The notes under the pieces: generated by a model
What the model was told of the DNA's origin: nothing
What the model saw: the letters and a program-made list of their open reading frames with translations, nothing else
Databases searched by the model: none
Source: Eutreptiella sp. 'Long Island Sound 2002'
Taxonomy: Eukaryota; Protista; Euglenida
NCBI GenBank assembly: GCA_964036045.1
Contig: OZ038379.1
Location: 31,868,001-31,932,000, forward strand
Direction: 5' to 3'
Length of the DNA stretch: 64,000 bases
Part shown: positions 62,597 through 64,000 of the stretch, in pieces
Position numbering within the stretch: the stretch's first letter is position 1
How the letters are laid out: each line of letters opens with the position of its first letter
Position numbers and translations under genes: made by a program

Positions 62597-62910
62597 GAAG
62601 GGGAAAACCCAAGAACCCCCAGTGATTATTCGTGCCCCATGCCCATAAAGGGGCTAGGAATCTTTGTTGTTGAGGGGAAGTGGAAAACCCAAGAACCCCC
62701 AGTGATTATTCGTGCCCCATGCCCATAAAGGGGCTAGGATTCTTTGTTGTTGAGGGGAAGGTCGAAACCCAAGAACCCCCAGTGATTATTCGTGCCCCAT
62801 GCCCATAAAGGGGCTAGGAATCTTTGTTGTTGAGGGGAAGGGGAAAACCCAAGAACCCCCAGTGTTTATTCGTGCCCCATGCCCATAAAGGGGCTAGGAT
62901 TCTTTGTAGT
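62597..62910 (+). repeat. 80-bp minisatellite, ~3.9 copies
   Basis: aagaacccccagtg at 62611, 62691, 62771 and 62851; no unique spacers. Confidence 0.95.
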
Positions 62911-62990
62911 GGATGCCCCCCCCCCCCCCCACGGGGCCGTAGTGCACGCAGTGCGCCCTGTGCGCGCGCCGAACTGTGCCTACTTTCCAC

Positions 62991-63104
62991 TGTTCCGGCG
63001 ACGTTCCAACAACCTGTTCCGGCGACGTTCTTGCGACGTTCCAGCGGCCACTGGAACGTCGCCAGAACGTCGCCGGAACAGGTTGTTGGAACGTCGCCGG
63101 AACA
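62991..63104. repeat. 114-bp near-perfect palindrome just inside a TIR-family-like left end (~62932-62985)
   Basis: 54-bp arms with one mismatch around a cggcca centre; arms built from ggcgacgttc subunits. Confidence 0.93.
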
Positions 63105-64000
63105 AGGTGTCTGGGTAGGGTTGGCCTCTCTCCGGCATCCTTGTCTGCAGAACGGGATGACCGAGACCGAGGCCCTGGGGGTAGCACTGGCTGCACCACC
63201 CCCGCCAGCCCCACTCGGGGCACAGGGGGCAACGCGCTCCGAGCCACGCAGCAGCTGTGCGCTGGCTTCGCCAGCCCCTCCCCCACCTCAGGGCGCTCCC
63301 AAACATCCTCCGTGGGCAACCCCCGCTCACCGGCCACTAGAGCTGCCACGGCCTGCCCCACAAGGGGCCGCGCCAGTCGCGCCTCTCCAAGCGCATCGCC
63401 CCCAGTTGCCCGAGCCCTCGACTGGGAGCTCAATGAGTAACGGGGGTGGGGGGTTTCGGGAGCAAGCCGTGGTTTTGGGGGAGGTGCAAGAGGCGAGGGG
63501 CAATGTTGAAAGCCTCCGCCGCCGGATGAAAAAATGGTTTGCGAAATTGGCGGAGTGCCGGCGGCGTGGGGACCTCACCGGGGGGGGGGGGGGGGGGGCA
63601 CGCGGGCGAGAGGGTTCTCGAGGGGAACCGGCGGGTAAGGGAGGCGCAGAAGGCGGTGGAGGTGCTTGAAAGGGAGTTGCAGGGCATGGGTGGGGGGGTG
63701 CACGTGAAACAGGAAGAGGGTGTGAACGACGATGACATTGTGGAGCTGGGTGAGGTGGTGGTGGATGAGAAGGATGAAGAGCGGAGGGCTAACCCGGGGG
63801 TTAAGAGAGAGGAAGAAGAGGGGGGGCGGAGGGGGATGGGGATGGGGAGGCGGACCGGGATGGGGAGCGGGAGGGGGATGACGCTGGCGGCGTCTTGCGC
63901 ATTACGGATTGGATGCGCAACCGACTTGGCTCATCCCTGGCAACAAAAGCTGCCAATTTTCCTTGGACAAGGGAGATGGTAGCCCCCCCCCCCCCTGGAC

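Noticed and set aside
62597-62910. CRISPR-like regular repeats
   Set aside because: Units are contiguous 80-bp copies with no unique spacers, no cas genes, and a eukaryotic context.
62824-63982. Several long overlapping ORFs at the window end
   Set aside because: GC-rich, stop-poor sequence spanning a palindrome and G-runs; no frame can be favoured and no motif was recognised.

Overview
Eukaryotic, repeat-saturated window, mostly nested and decayed mobile elements. A euglenid/euglenozoan host is inferred, not proven, from ingi/L1Tc-like LINE architecture, a VIPER/TATE-order YR retroelement, a plastid-leader-like ORF and a possible trans-splice acceptor. Contents: (i) a ~5.2 kb tyrosine-recombinase retrotransposon (14857-20070) with split direct repeats A1-B1-A2-B2 and gene order gag-YR-RT. 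Its RNase H domain lies on the opposite strand between 15-bp perfect inverted repeats that encode the same in-frame HHAAG, so flipping the segment rebuilds an RT-RH fusion. (ii) Three copies or relatives of an APE-RT-RNase H LINE with a 2A-like peptide and an extra 3' ORF; one copy has two internal inversions. (iii) An L1/Tx1-like LINE broken by several insertions. (iv) A family of GGGGG-ended, 3-bp-TSD TIR elements (PIF/Harbinger-like transposase remnants) with same-strand subterminal repeats and unrelated interiors. (v) P-element-like and Transib/Chapaev-like transposase relics. (vi) A 1162-bp tandem array seeded at telomere-like repeats, an 80-bp minisatellite and long palindromes. (vii) Two plausible host ORFs. 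No rRNA, tRNA or CRISPR array was recognised. All protein assignments come from motif reading by eye; no searches were run, and most coordinates are approximate to within a few bases.
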